A stretch of DNA of 64,000 nt from NCBI RefSeq assembly GCF_000143415.4, contig NW_003314363.1, positions 496,001 to 560,000 on the forward strand, read 5' to 3'. The translations under genes and the position numbers were made by a program. This document shows positions 42,090 to 54,027 of this stretch, piece after piece. The notes below the pieces were generated by a model. It was not told the origin of the DNA and ran no database searches. It worked only from the letters and a program-made list of their open reading frames with translations. The DNA is from Selaginella moellendorffii (taxonomy: Eukaryota > Plantae > Lycopodiophyta). Positions within the stretch are counted from its first letter, which is position 1; each line of letters starts with the position of its first letter.

Positions 42090-42860
42090 ATCCATCTTGA
42101 CCAACACTCTCCTCTCTAGCTTCTAGCCAACACTTAGATCTAGCTAGAACACTCTCTTAGCAGTGCCATACCATGGCTATACCCAACTCAATCCAGCTCC
42201 AACACCACAGCAAGGCTGCCCAACTCTAGCACTAGCTCGGCCATGGCTGCCCAGCTCTAGCTCTCAACCATGGCTTCCCAGCTCCAGCTCTAGCATAGCC
42301 ATGGCCAACTCAACTATGGCCACCCAACTCCAACTCTTAACTACAACTTTCTAGCTCTAGCTCCAGCATGGCCATGGCCACCAAACTCTAGCACAGCCAT
42401 GTCCAGCTTGGCAATGGTCTCCCAACTATAACTCTCAGCCACAACTTCCCAGCTCTAGCTCTGTTGCTGCAATTGGAGATCGTGTGATTGTTCAGCATGG
42501 GGTTTGACAAGTCAACCTCAAAAAGTGCAAGGAGTGTGGCATGGTGGTTACCAACCCACTGGATATACTCACATGGATGAGATGGCTGATCTTGCAATGA
42601 TGGCACTGTTGGGAACAATGTGGCAGATTTGCCTGGGAAATCACTACATTTGCAAGGGATTGTGGCCAGTCCATGAAGATTTCCCTCTCTCATACAAGGT
42701 AAAGCTCTTGATTCCTGAAAATTTTGATTTCTTGCTTGTACCAGCTCCATCTCTCAGCCATAGCTGCCTAAGCACGGCCATGCAACTCCATCTCGGCTGC
42801 TCTATAGCCATGCACCATAACAAAATAGGGTCAAGCATAGCTAAGCACCATAGTTGTGAG
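42090..42860. repeat. Low-complexity degenerate repeat (CTCTAGC/CCATGGC/CCAGCT units) interrupted by a unique segment at ~42476-42740
   Basis: Recurrent CTCTAGC, CCATGGC(C/T) and CCAACTC words. Confidence 0.55.
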
Positions 42861-43649
42861 TAGGAGCAGTCACATTTCAAGTTTCTTATGGCTTGGGATA
42901 GGTTAGCCATCACTCTTAGCAAACATCTAAAGTTCCATGCAGGAGACAAGGTTAATAGCTATACATCACAACACTTAGTAGTTGAGATCAAGCAATTTTT
43001 CCTTGCCAGAGTATGTGTATTTAAATATCTTGAGAATAAAACTATAACTATAATCTAAACTAAACTTGTGAGTGCATGCTCCCATGAGTTTATCTCCAAC
43101 TTGAAGAATCTACTTATACTTTCTAGCGTTTTTTTGGTGAAATCTTGCAGGCCACTTCGTGCTAGTTCTCTCCATCTTGCACCAAGATTGGCTTCCGCGG
43201 CCATATCATGTCCACAAAATTGGACGGTGGCTGGCAAAGTTGTGAGGCGCTCCAGATGTGGACCAGTGTGTGGGAGTCTACTACTCGGGCAAGCTTGATT
43301 GCTCCTCCAGCTTTGTTCAGAGTCTGGAGCAAAGGTATATCATTTCATTGCTCGAGATGCTAAAATACAATACATTGATTAAGACAAATTACCCGGATAA
43401 CCACAATGAACATGCTGAAGAGAATAAGGATATCGCGAGTTTAAAAAAGGACTGAAGAACAGATTTCCATTGTGCGTGAAATGGGGTCATCTTGCAGATA
43501 AAAGGTAAGCCAATGACGTGTCTTAGGGCTAAGGGTTTGCTCTATGGATCGTTTGCTCGAATGCTCAGCTGCCGCGAAGAAAGATCGTGGAGGTGACGCG
43601 CTCCATCGCCAAATGAGGACATTCCACTCAAGCAGCATCAGATGTGGGA

Positions 43650-45262
43650 CTGCTCAATGAAACACGAGGTGCCTCGTCGATGGCTGCCTTCTGGAGGTGA
43701 GAGTTTGGAGACTATAGATTAAAAACCTCTCTGGTAATTCTTTTACTCTTTCTTTATGTTCCGGGTCTCAGAGCAATGAGATTTGGGCTCCCTGCCGCTC
43801 CTGCTGCGGCTGCTGCGTCGCATGGTATCCCTGTTGTTGATATCGACGGGGACGGCAATTTTATCATGAACATTCAGGTGCATCTCTTGAACTTACAAAG
43901 ACAATACCTTCATTTATCTTTTGTACGCTAGGAGCCGGCCACAATCCACGTCGAGAAGCTCCGGTCTTGAATAATCAGCATCTGGGAATGGTTGCACAAT
44001 GGGAGGATCGATTTTACAAGGTATTGCTTTGACAACTTTCAGCAGTTTTTATATTTTCGTTTCAGGCGAACCGAGCTCACACATACCTGGGCGATCTGGA
44101 CGCGGAAGCAGAGGTCTATCCTGACTTCCGTAAGTTTGCTGACGCTTGCAAAGTATGCGAAGTATGCGTATTTTCCGCCGTTGCCGCATAAGTTGTGTAT
44201 CGTGATTTTTTCTTTAGGGGACCAATGTCTGATTCTCACGGGGAGGACAGGGTATAGAAGGAGAAAGCTCGGGCTTTGGGGTGTTCATCAGAACAAGGCA
44301 TAGAGCTTGTCTTTCATCATTAGAACTCTAACGTAAGTGTTCGGAGTTTGTGACTTCCTTCATATCCGGCTTGTTTTTTCAGGATTGTTATCCAGTGTTT
44401 CAAGAGCATCGAGAAGATAAAAGCAGACAAGGAGGAAGAAAATACGTTTTCGTGCCAATGCTGGTAACTGTTGAAACTTTGTTTCTTGTTGTCGCAGCTA
44501 TAACTAGTTCGTTTTGTAGGGTGCTCATTGCGGCGGTGACGTTTGTCGAAAGAACAACCGATTTCCTGGTAAGATCCAGAGCTAGCTAGAATAGCAAGCA
44601 GTGAGGTGTCTTTGCTTGCTGTAGGCTTCCGATGTACGATGAAGCAAAGCTTCGTTTTATAGTTTCCTTGTGGTATTCCAAGACTAAAGTTTGCTACATT
44701 CTTTTGTTTTCGTACTGTAAGGAGCGAAATTTATACTTTCAGGGGACAAACTACGTTTATTAAGCCGTTTGTGACGAGCTACGAACCGGAAGTTGACCGG
44801 AAACTGGGTGAATTGAAGGGACAGGTGAAAGACTTGACGTATCTTCTCTGGCAGCGCGTTTCTCTATTCGCCCAGTCCAAGTTTTTCGAGTTCCTTCAGT
44901 GCTTTGGCCTGTCCTCAGAGACTCTCCAGGCTCACAGGTGTCATTTTCCGCAGGTTCGTGCTTTCATCCCGTGTTCTTCATTTTCTCTTCTGTTTTTCTC
45001 TAACAGTACTTTTGATGCAATGCAGTTGCAACCAACGAGCTTCCAGTCGCCAGGAAATGTGGATCCCACGTACTGCAGTCAAGTTGTGATTCGGGAAGAA
45101 AGCAAAGAGACCGAGACCAGCTTGACAAGGGACAGTGGCAAGCACGGGCAGCAGCAGTGCTCTTCATTGACATCTCATAGAATTGACCGAGAACCAACAT
45201 CGCCCTCGAACTTACATCCGCGTCCCTTGACAACCGAAAAGGCAAAAGCAAAGGCAAAGTGA
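43650..45262 (+). pseudogene. Unidentified multi-exon gene or pseudogene
   Basis: Series of short exon-like blocks with GT-AG introns (e.g. [17 protein letters not shown]|, EPATIHVEKLRSLIISIWEWLHNG) plus ORF 44771-45262. No recognisable family. Confidence 0.3.
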
Positions 45263-46078
45263 ATTTGCTGTATCCAACTAGAGGTATGGACCACGTTTCT
45301 TCACCAAAGAGAACTACTTATCACAGGTTGCTGGATCCAACTTAGAGGTATGGAGAGCGAGAGAGAGTTTTTTAAGTTTCTCGTTGTGGAGAGGAATACT
45401 ACTGCTGTACTTGTCACAGGACTTTCTTTCACCATTTCGGCGATCAACACGGACAGCCTTAAGTGTTCCAGGAGCTGGAGACTTCGACCAAAAAGATATG
45501 CTAGCTAGGGAGAGCTTTCATGACGCGACATTGGTGGCTAAAGATCGATATAATATTTTTCCATGGTTAGTGCCAGCCAGCCATACCGGACGGATGAATG
45601 AATGGGATGAACAAACAGTTGTCACGCAAATGATTGGAACACACAAAGGTTTCCTTTGCTCTTTTCTTTAGTGTTGTTTATTCCATCATCGCGCGAAGTT
45701 TTATTCAATGCCAAGTTTCCTTTTTTGCTGTACAGCACAACACATCTCTCGCTGCTTTCAGCGAGAAAAAATGGAGGAAAAAGAAAAAGAGAGAAAACCA
45801 AAGAATGTTTTGTTTGTTGGCTGGTTGGTTGTCCGATTGGCCTTGTTTTGTTTTTTTTTTTTCGGCTCGCCATTGTCTCAGCAACCACCAGATCGAATGG
45901 TTAAAGCTTCAGCATCGTCAAATCCTGAAGAAAATTGGGAACGAAGAAAAAAAAGAAAAACGGAGGAGCAAGGGAAGAACTTACACCACCCAACGCGAAA
46001 AAAGAAGAGAAGAACCAAGAAAAAAAAAACCGAGAACTTCCCTCTCTTCACCGCTGCGCTGCTGCGTGAGAGCACTCG

Positions 46079-48200
46079 CTACAAGACGTTGTCCACTTCG
46101 GCCATTTCATCTTGCTTGCAGAGATGCTCGAGCAAACTCCCGGCCTTTCGCCGCGCTCGCATCGTCCCATTCACCGCCAGCTCCGCCAGCGGGAGATACG
46201 CCCCGAGCTGGTGCGCCGCCACGACGTGAGCTGAATCGTTGGAGCACAACGCTAGCAGCACCGCGGCAGCATTCTCCTTCGTCCTGGCCGAGCCGGAGCT
46301 GATGAGCTCCACCAGCACGGGCACCGGCGACTCATTCCCGACCGCCACCCTCCCCTCGTGGTGCGTCACCAAAATGGCCAGGATCGCCAAACTCTCGTCC
46401 ACCATCCCGGCCCGAGTGTCCAGCAGCTCTCTCATGAGCGCCGGAACTATCCCCGCCCGGACAGCTCTCGCCTTGTTGCCTTGGTATATCGACAAGTTGA
46501 AGAGCGCGGTGGCCGCGTCCTTCTTCCCCCGCAAGCTCCCGCTGTTGAAGAGATCCACCAGCGTCGGTATCGCGCCCGACGCTCCTATCGTCACCTTGTT
46601 CTCGTCCGCCACGGAGAGACTAAACAGCGTCGCCGCCGCGTTCTCCCTGGCCTCCATGCTGCCACCACGTAGAACTTCCACTATCGGCTCGATGGCCCCG
46701 GCTAGAACGATCAGTCCCTTGTTCTGGTCGTGGATGGACAGGTTGAGCAGTGCCGTGACCGCGTGCTCTTGCGTGCGCTTGTCCTGCGTCGAGAGCAGCT
46801 CCACCAGGAGTGGAATCCCTCCGGCCTCGGCGATGCTGATCCTGTTTTCTATGCTTCTCTTTGCGAGCAAGCGTAGCTCCCCCGCTGCTGCTCGCTTCTC
46901 CTCGAGCTGGCCGGTTGCGAGGCGCTGGACCAAGGCCTCTACAACCACTAAGTCCGTTGCATGCGGTACGTCTATCCCATGGCTGCTGCTGAGCTTCCCG
47001 CTCGGCCTGCTGCTGCCGTATCCTTTCGGTGGCTCCAGGCCGTGTGTCTCGCACCAGTGAGCAATGAGGCTCCGCAGTACGTAGTTTGGCGTCAGTACCA
47101 GATGCGTGAGAGGTTGTCTCGTCTTCGGGCATGTCTTGTGTCCGGCATCTAGCCACTTTTGGATCGATGCTCGCTCGTAAGTCTGCCAGCCACCAGCAAA
47201 AGTGTGTAAGAACAAGGTGAAAGAATAAGGCTCGGCTCGGAGCTTTTGTCTCACGAGAAAACACCACTAACCTGTCCCGTGGCGACGATGACTGGATCCT
47301 TCATCAGCTCCAGTGAGATTGGACACTGGAAGTCCTCTGGAATGGCCGGAGGAGCCGGCTTCTCCGCAGGAGCTTCGGGTGTCTCCACCATGGCTGCCTC
47401 CGGGTTCTTGGACAGTGCAAGCTCCTGTAGTTTTCCCAGCAACGCGTATACCTTGTCGATGTTCTCGTCACGCTTCGTACCAGCAAACATGGCTTGCAGT
47501 GCCTGTGACTCCTGTTGCAATTCGGACATTGTTCTCAGGCGCAACTTCCCAGCCAGTCTCTCCAGAGCCAGCTTGCAACTGTCTCGGTTTCCGCCCAAGA
47601 CGGTCACTGCATCTTCCGAAAGCTGTGAATCCAGAGAGCTTTGTCTGCCTTTGGCTCGACGCAATTGCGAATGCACAAGCACAACCTGTACATTACAGCA
47701 GCAGTTTGTCAGCCACTTTGAGACGATGAAGGAGAGATTTTGCGTGCCTGCTCGTGAACTTCGTCCGACAGGAACAAGGAGTTGTAAGGAAGCTCGTCCA
47801 GAGCCTGCCCGAGATTGACGACCGCCGAGCAAAACGCACTGGACACGGCTTCTCCCTCTAGCACCTGATTCCAAAAGCCTGCAAACGTCAGCTCCTTTCA
47901 CATCCAAGAGCAAATTGTTTCTGTTACCAGATAGAGCTTGCTCCCGCTGTGACACTGGAGCAGCAGCTGCTTGGAGAACTCTAGCGCGCTCTTGAGCGCC
48001 TGGAACGACGCGAGCGCTCCCTCGGGCAGCGGCTCCTTGAGATCCCTGACTTCCTCAAACAAGGGGCCTAGCAGCTTAATTCTCCTGGCGAGGCTCACGG
48101 ACTCCTTCCGGTGCGATTTTATGTACTCCCTGTACATGCTGATATCGTTCACGATGTCAAGCAGCGACTGGAAGAGCAACTGCAAAATGACTTCAGCCAT
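46079..48200 (-). CDS. PUB: Plant U-box/ARM E3 ligase with UND domain (PUB10-14-like), multi-exon
   Basis: UND region ([17 protein letters not shown]...GSKLYL), U-box ([23 protein letters not shown]|[20 protein letters not shown]) and ARM repeats ([39 protein letters not shown]). Confidence 0.95.
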
Positions 48201-48710
48201 AGTGAAACCACTTCCCCGTGCTCGTTGCTTGATCTTGCTTCACTCTCCGCTGCCTGCCTATCCCAGCTACAAACGATGCTGCTGTCACCCTATCCTAAAC
48301 GGAAACCAATTCAATCCGCTTGCTCCCTTCAGCATTCCCTACCCGGAGCTTTGAGCCTCGACCACTTCATCCCTTTTGTCCTGCCTGCTGCTATTCCAGC
48401 TCGTCGATATTCCCCCTAGCGCACCTAGGATACTACTAAACTTCTATACTGCCCGTGTTCTCCTCCCTATTCTTCCTTTCTCGTCTCCTTCTCATCTCTT
48501 TCCCTCCCATTCTTTTGTTCCTGTTTCTACTGCTTCTCCCCCTGCTGCTCGCCAGCCATGGCAATGGTGGGCACATGGCACAGCACATGGTTTGTCGGCC
48601 AACTTGGCCAGACGAGACCAGGCCATCCCAGAGCAGCGAACTTAAGCGGGCAAAGACTGGCAACGGATTTTACCAGAAGCCGAAGAAAATAGAAGTAGAT
48701 GATGCCAAAC

Positions 48711-49228
48711 ACATCCCCATCCGGCATGTGTTCCCCGATCTGAATGAGCAAGCGAGAGAGCTTTAAGTTAAAAACAAACATAAAATGATAACTAACCATC
48801 TCTTCCCAAAGACTTGCCTTTGATTGAAAGAGCTGGAAGAGAGCTTTACTTAAAACCGGTGAGGAGGAAAGCGTGACATCCCCATCCTTCGATCTGAAAG
48901 AGCAAGCGAGAGAGCTTAAGTTAAGAAACGAACGAAAACAAAGGAAACCTTCAAGAGCTGATAACTAACCATCTCTTCCCAAAGACTTGCCTGTGATTGA
49001 AAGATTTGGAAGAGAGCTTTGGTTAAAACCAGTGAGGGGGAAAGCGTGACATCCCCATCCTTCGATCTGAAAGAGCGAGCTTAAGACATAAACAAAAAAA
49101 AAAAAAAAAAAAACTTTCAAGAGCTGATAACTAACCATCTCTTCCCAAAGACTTGCCTGTGATTGAAAGAGTTGGAAGCGAGCTTTAGTTAAAACCGGTG
49201 AGGAGGAAAGCGTGACATCCCCATCCTT
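48711..49228. repeat. Tandem triplication of a ~170-bp exon+intron-like unit
   Basis: GATAACTAACCATCTCTTCCCAAAGACTTGCC...GAAAGCGTGACATCCCCATCCTT starts at 48787, 48960 and 49126; partial copy at ~48711-48770. Confidence 0.9.
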
Positions 49229-49611
49229 GCGTGCTGCACACATCGTCCTTGCTTCCAGTTAAAAAGAAGGAAGGCGGAAATAAAGTAAAAGAAGAGAATG
49301 TGCATTTGGCGTACCCGGGAGCGTGTGTCAGACCGCTCCTCTCTCTCCGACTTTGCCTTGCTGTGATGCTGTTTTGCTTCCTTTGGCTTTTAGCAGCACT
49401 CTTTTTCCCATCATTCACGAGAACAGGGAGAGATGGGATCAAATGCGGAGCCGAGTGAGGTGGTCAGGCGGCCCAGGCGGCTTTTGTTTAAAGACACAAC
49501 CAGCTATATCGAGATTTCCGGCCTGAGCATGTTCGCAAGCATGTGCACTGCACAAAGAAAACCATCACAAAAACAAAGCGATTTGTATAGAAACGAACCT
49601 TGAAATCTTTC

Positions 49612-49614
<3 letters not shown>

Positions 49615-49643
<29 letters not shown>

Positions 49644-49648
49644 GCTGC
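49615..49648. repeat. (CTG)n microsatellite
   Basis: About 11 near-perfect CTG/GCT units. Confidence 0.85.
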
Positions 49649-49804
49649 AACCATATCAAATCCGCAGTGTACGAGGACAGGTGAGCAGTTCAATCTCACT
49701 CATGGCGCAAGTACACAGTCCCCTACAGATCGAGCATCTTTGTTGGAAAGCAAGACAAGCTTTAATCAAAGTAAGAAGCAGGGGGGGGGAAACACACGCT
49801 TTTT

Positions 49805-51190
49805 TTACCCGCAAGGCGTCAACTTCTTGTTGCCAGAGCCACGAGGATTTTCATCCTTCCATCGTCCAATGCTCGCTGCTTCTGCTCCGCTGCCTCATCG
49901 TCACTCCCGTCCTTGAGCCCTGGTCGACTTGGAATAACTGCTGGTTTCTCTCTTGCAACTTCCGCATCACCTCCGTCTCTTTCAGCCTCGCCTGCTCAGT
50001 GCTCATGGTTGGCAAGCTGCACCACCACCAACCGGGATTTAGCCATCGATAAAAAAGGAGAAAACGTAAAACGAAGAAGGTGAAGAAGCTAGAAACCTGT
50101 GACTGGGTTGGAAGATCTGCGCTGCAAGTCGCTCTGTTATGCTGCTGCCATCCAGACTGGCCGGGCCAAACAGCGGTTGGTTGGCACCGTCCGAAATATT
50201 TGCTCTCCCTTCAATTGCATCCCGGGCAAAAGTTGCACAGGTGACTGGTCTCAACACCTTTAACTTGGTGATGGCCTCCGGCCTCGGCTTTGACGTGTCT
50301 CTCATCAAGAACGGCTTGAGCAAATCCTGCGAAAAAAAAGCAGTAGTTGATGCGAGACGAAACCGGAACAGACACGCACAAACCTCGTCGTTTTCCTTCC
50401 GCATTGTTTCCTCCCTTTGAAGCATTTCTAAGAGATCCACCGCCTGCACACAAGTGCATTTACCTTGCACACTGCCAAAGATAATTGGACAACCCAAGCC
50501 TGCAAAGGGAAACCAAGGCGTTGATTCCTGGTGTGAAGAAAGAAAGAGAGCTTACTTCTCTTCATCTGGAATATCTTCGTCGTCGTAATCAACAACTTGT
50601 GTTCCAGCTGCTTGCATGGAACGCCTCCGTCGTTCCTTCCTCTCATTAATCTCCTGCAGCTTAGATTTTGCAGCTCGTTGCTCTTGAATCGTGCTACATA
50701 CAAAAACAAAGTTAAGACACCACGGACAAACGAAAACACGATGGGAAAAAAAGATTTTAAAAGAAAGATAAAAAAACTTTTCAGCTCGTCGGATCAGAGT
50801 AGCGTGTCGATGCCACCAATTCACCCTCCGAGAAGCTCACAGGATCTTACAAAGGTCCCAAAAAACTAAAAACTTCCCAAAACAAAAGAAAAAAAGAATA
50901 CAAGATCTGAACCCGTTAGATCGCCTAATACTCAACGAGAGAAAAAAAAAAAAAAAGTTCCAAGCAAGTGCTTCTTTGGCATTGTGGTGGCAACCTAATT
51001 CCCTTATTGGCCTCATCCTAGACAAGAAAATGCGAGGATCATGCAAGAACGTTCCAGCGGAGGACGCACTACACATACCGGATCGAAGAGCTCCTTGTGC
51101 GCACAATATCACACTTGAAATGGAGAGGAACAAGAACCGCTGGAACAGCGAAATAAACCCTAAAACAATCCCAACGTATCTCTTTGCAAA
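49805..51190 (-). pseudogene. Degenerate tandem duplicate of TAP46
   Basis: Exon-by-exon similarity to 52090-53765 (LKPFL, CATFARDAIEGRANI, GNKKLTPCG*), with deletions, an eroded first exon, the VEYYLGELTE exon apparently missing, and frameshifts. Confidence 0.8.
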
Positions 51191-52089
51191 AGTTCTTTCT
51201 TTTATCAACTTGAAATGTCATCACTTCCTGATTTCTTTTGATCCACATCCATTCTAGACACGATCCGACACCTGGACAGTAACCACAGCTCCAGAGCTCT
51301 CTTGTGATAGTCATCACTGCAAGAATTACAAGCCGCATCGTCTCCCGGCCGATCATCTTCCTTGGCACTTACGCCACAGCTTCGGCCTCCTTAAGCAAGA
51401 AAAAAGAAAAAAGAAACTTTTCGGCAAAGCAGTAAAAGGAAGAAGAAAATGTAGAAGGTTGGCCTTTCTTCCACAATATTGTTGTTTGTAATTACACTTA
51501 GATTAGATGAGAATACGATGACCTCGACGTTCAAGTTCCGCACGACAACAACATGGATCTTCTCTATCCTCGATCGTATAGAAGTGAAGAGAAACTTCTC
51601 GTACGCGAGTGCCGTCATCCTCGAGGTAAGCCAGAAGGAGTGCAGCACGCAACGCCTTGCAAGGCGACTCCACGAAACTCTTCCGAGAGATAAGCAAGAA
51701 CCGATGATCTCTCAAGCCGAGCTGCTCTGGATTCCTGCAGGTTGAAACACGCAATCGGTGACAAAGCAATCACTCACTCAACATTGTTCTTCCTGCTCGA
51801 CTGCGCGCGAGCACTCCCACTTCTGGCGTTGCTTGTGCAACAGTAGTTCTCTTATCGTCTTTCCATTCTACTGGATGCTCACGCTTTTCCCACAGCCCGG
51901 AGCCCCTATATAACGTACTTGATCAACGCCCATACCATTGTCTCTCTTCCTTCTCACAAAAACATAAACCCTCGAAGTTCTTGCTGCAGCTATACCAATA
52001 CAAAGTTATCCATAGCTGCCAATAACGAATATCCCAATGTTATTCTATGCGTTGGAATAAAAAAGAAAAAGAAACAAGACACGCATCTT

Positions 52090-53765
52090 TCACCCGCAAG
52101 GCGTCAACTTCTTGTTGCCAGAGCCACGAGGATTTTCATCCTTCCAATCGTCCCACGCTCGCTGCTTGCTCTCCGCTGCCTCATCGTCACTCCCGTCCTT
52201 GCTCTCCTCCTCGAGCCAGGTCGACTTGGACTCCTGCTGCAGCTGCTGGTTCCTCTCTTGCCACTTCCGCATCATCTCCATCTCTTTCAGCCCCGCCTGC
52301 TCAATGCTCATGCTCGGCAAGCTGCACCACCGCCAAACCGGGACTGAGCCAACAGGACAAAAACGAAAAACGAAAAGGAGGTGAAGAAACTAGAAACCTG
52401 TGACTGGGTTGGAAGACCTGCGCTGCAAGTCGTTCCCTCTCAGTTGTTATGCTGCTGCCAACCAGACTGGCCGGGCCGAACAGAGGTTGATGGCTGTGCT
52501 GGTGACCGTCGGAAATATTTGCTCTCCCTTCAATCACATCTTGGGCGAAAGTTGCGCAGGTTATTGGTTGCGCTGGTCTCAACACCTTCGACTTGGTGGC
52601 GGACTCACGATGCCAGGCCTCCGCTTTAGCGTGTCTCTCGTCAAGAACGGCTTGAGCAAACTCACCTCCGTTCTGCAGGGAAAAGGTAGTTAATACGAGA
52701 CGAAACCGGAACTCGCACAAACCTCGTTTTCCTTTCTCACAGCTAATAGCATTGTTTCCTCCCGTTGAAGCATTTCTAAAAGATCCACCGCCTGCAAGTA
52801 AAAGCTCATTTGCCACAGTCTACACACACGAGCGCATTACCTTACACACTGCCAAAGATAATTGGACAAACCAAGCCTGCAAAGAGAAATCAAGACGTTA
52901 ATTCGCTGGTGTGGACGAGGAAAAACGAAAAGAAAACGTACTTCTCGCTCCTCCTCGTCGTCTCCATCTGGAATATCTTCCTCGCCGTAATCAACAACTT
53001 GTTTCCCAGCTGCTTGCATGGAACGTCTCCGTCGTTCCTTCCTCTCATTAATCTCCTGCAGCTTAGATTCTGCAGCTCGCTGCCTCTTGAATCGTGTTAT
53101 CTACACAAGCGAAGTTAAGAGACTGCGAAAAATTCCAAATGCCTTTGCAAGAAAAAAACAATTTTTTTAAAGGAAAAGGAAAAGACCTTCTCAGCTCTTC
53201 GCGTTGCAGGATCAACAGGAGTGTCGCGTGTCGATGCCACCAATTCACCCTCGGGTACAAGATCCAGAAGCTCGCAGGATCTAACAAAGGTCTAAAACAT
53301 CTCAAAAATCATTGTCAAACCAAGAAAACAAATGACAGATCACCTTAAGATGATTGATTGCAGCTCTAACAACATCGATACGTTCCGTAGCTGGAGTCCT
53401 CTCAGTCAGCTCGCCTAGATAATACTCCACCTTCGATCAACGCGCAAAGCTAAGAGAACAAAAACAAAAGGAAGAAAGAAGAGCCTTACCAGCAAATACT
53501 TTAGGTCGGAAGTGCTAACATCCTCCTTCTTCTCGTTGCTGGAGAAGATCGCGAGCTTGTCCACCATCTCCTGGCATTGTAGCAGCAACCTAATTCCCTT
53601 GTTGAGCTCGTCCTAGACAAGAAAATGCGAGGCATCACGAGAACGCTCCGGCGGAGGAGGCGCTACACGTACCGGATCGAGCTGGGACGAAGCGCTCCGC
53701 GTGTGAAGCGCCTGCGCGCGCTGGAACAGCAGCGGCAGCGGCACGTCCTCCACGATCTCGCCCAT
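52090..53765 (-). CDS. TAP46: PP2A regulatory subunit TAP46 (Tap42/alpha4), multi-exon
   Basis: MGEIVEDVPLPLLFQRAQ, FSSNEKKEDVSTSDLKYLL|VEYYLGELTE, RRAEK|ITRFKRQRAAESKL, VFQPSH, PSMSIEQAGL and WDDWKDENPRGSGNKKLTPCG*. Confidence 0.93.
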
Positions 53766-53830
53766 TTCTTCCAAAATGCTATAAACCCTAAAACGCCCAG
53801 GCCAGCGTGGCACTTAGTGCCAATGCAAAC

Positions 53831-53852
53831 CCACGTGGCACAAACACGTGGC
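53831..53852. promoter_or_regulatory. Paired G-box/ABRE elements in the 262-bp divergent TAP46 / S-domain gene promoter
   Basis: CCACGTGGC (53831) and ACACGTGGC (53844), plus AGCGTGGC at ~53804. Confidence 0.55.
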
Positions 53853-54027
53853 GGTTTAATCGAAGCATTGCTCGACAATGGTGTTCCTTTTTCACATTGT
53901 TCTTCTCGTCCACGAAAGGGACATGGTATTCGTTGTTCTTCTCGTCCAAAGTGTTCGTTTCCAGGCTATTCAACGAACTTTGTCTTTGCAAGTTCTGTTT
54001 TTCTTCTTTTATTCCGGATCCCTGGCC

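Noticed and set aside
45634-46302. 222-aa Lys/Arg-rich plus-strand ORF
   Set aside because: Antisense to the T-rich PUB 3' UTR and last exon; its composition reflects poly-A tracts.
48711-49228. CRISPR-like repeat-spacer appearance
   Set aside because: Units are ~170 bp with homologous spacers in a eukaryotic context and no cas genes; this is a tandem duplication.
51250-51900. Possible F-box/LRR-like fragment between the TAP46 copies
   Set aside because: Contains stops and no diagnostic motif; too weak to name.
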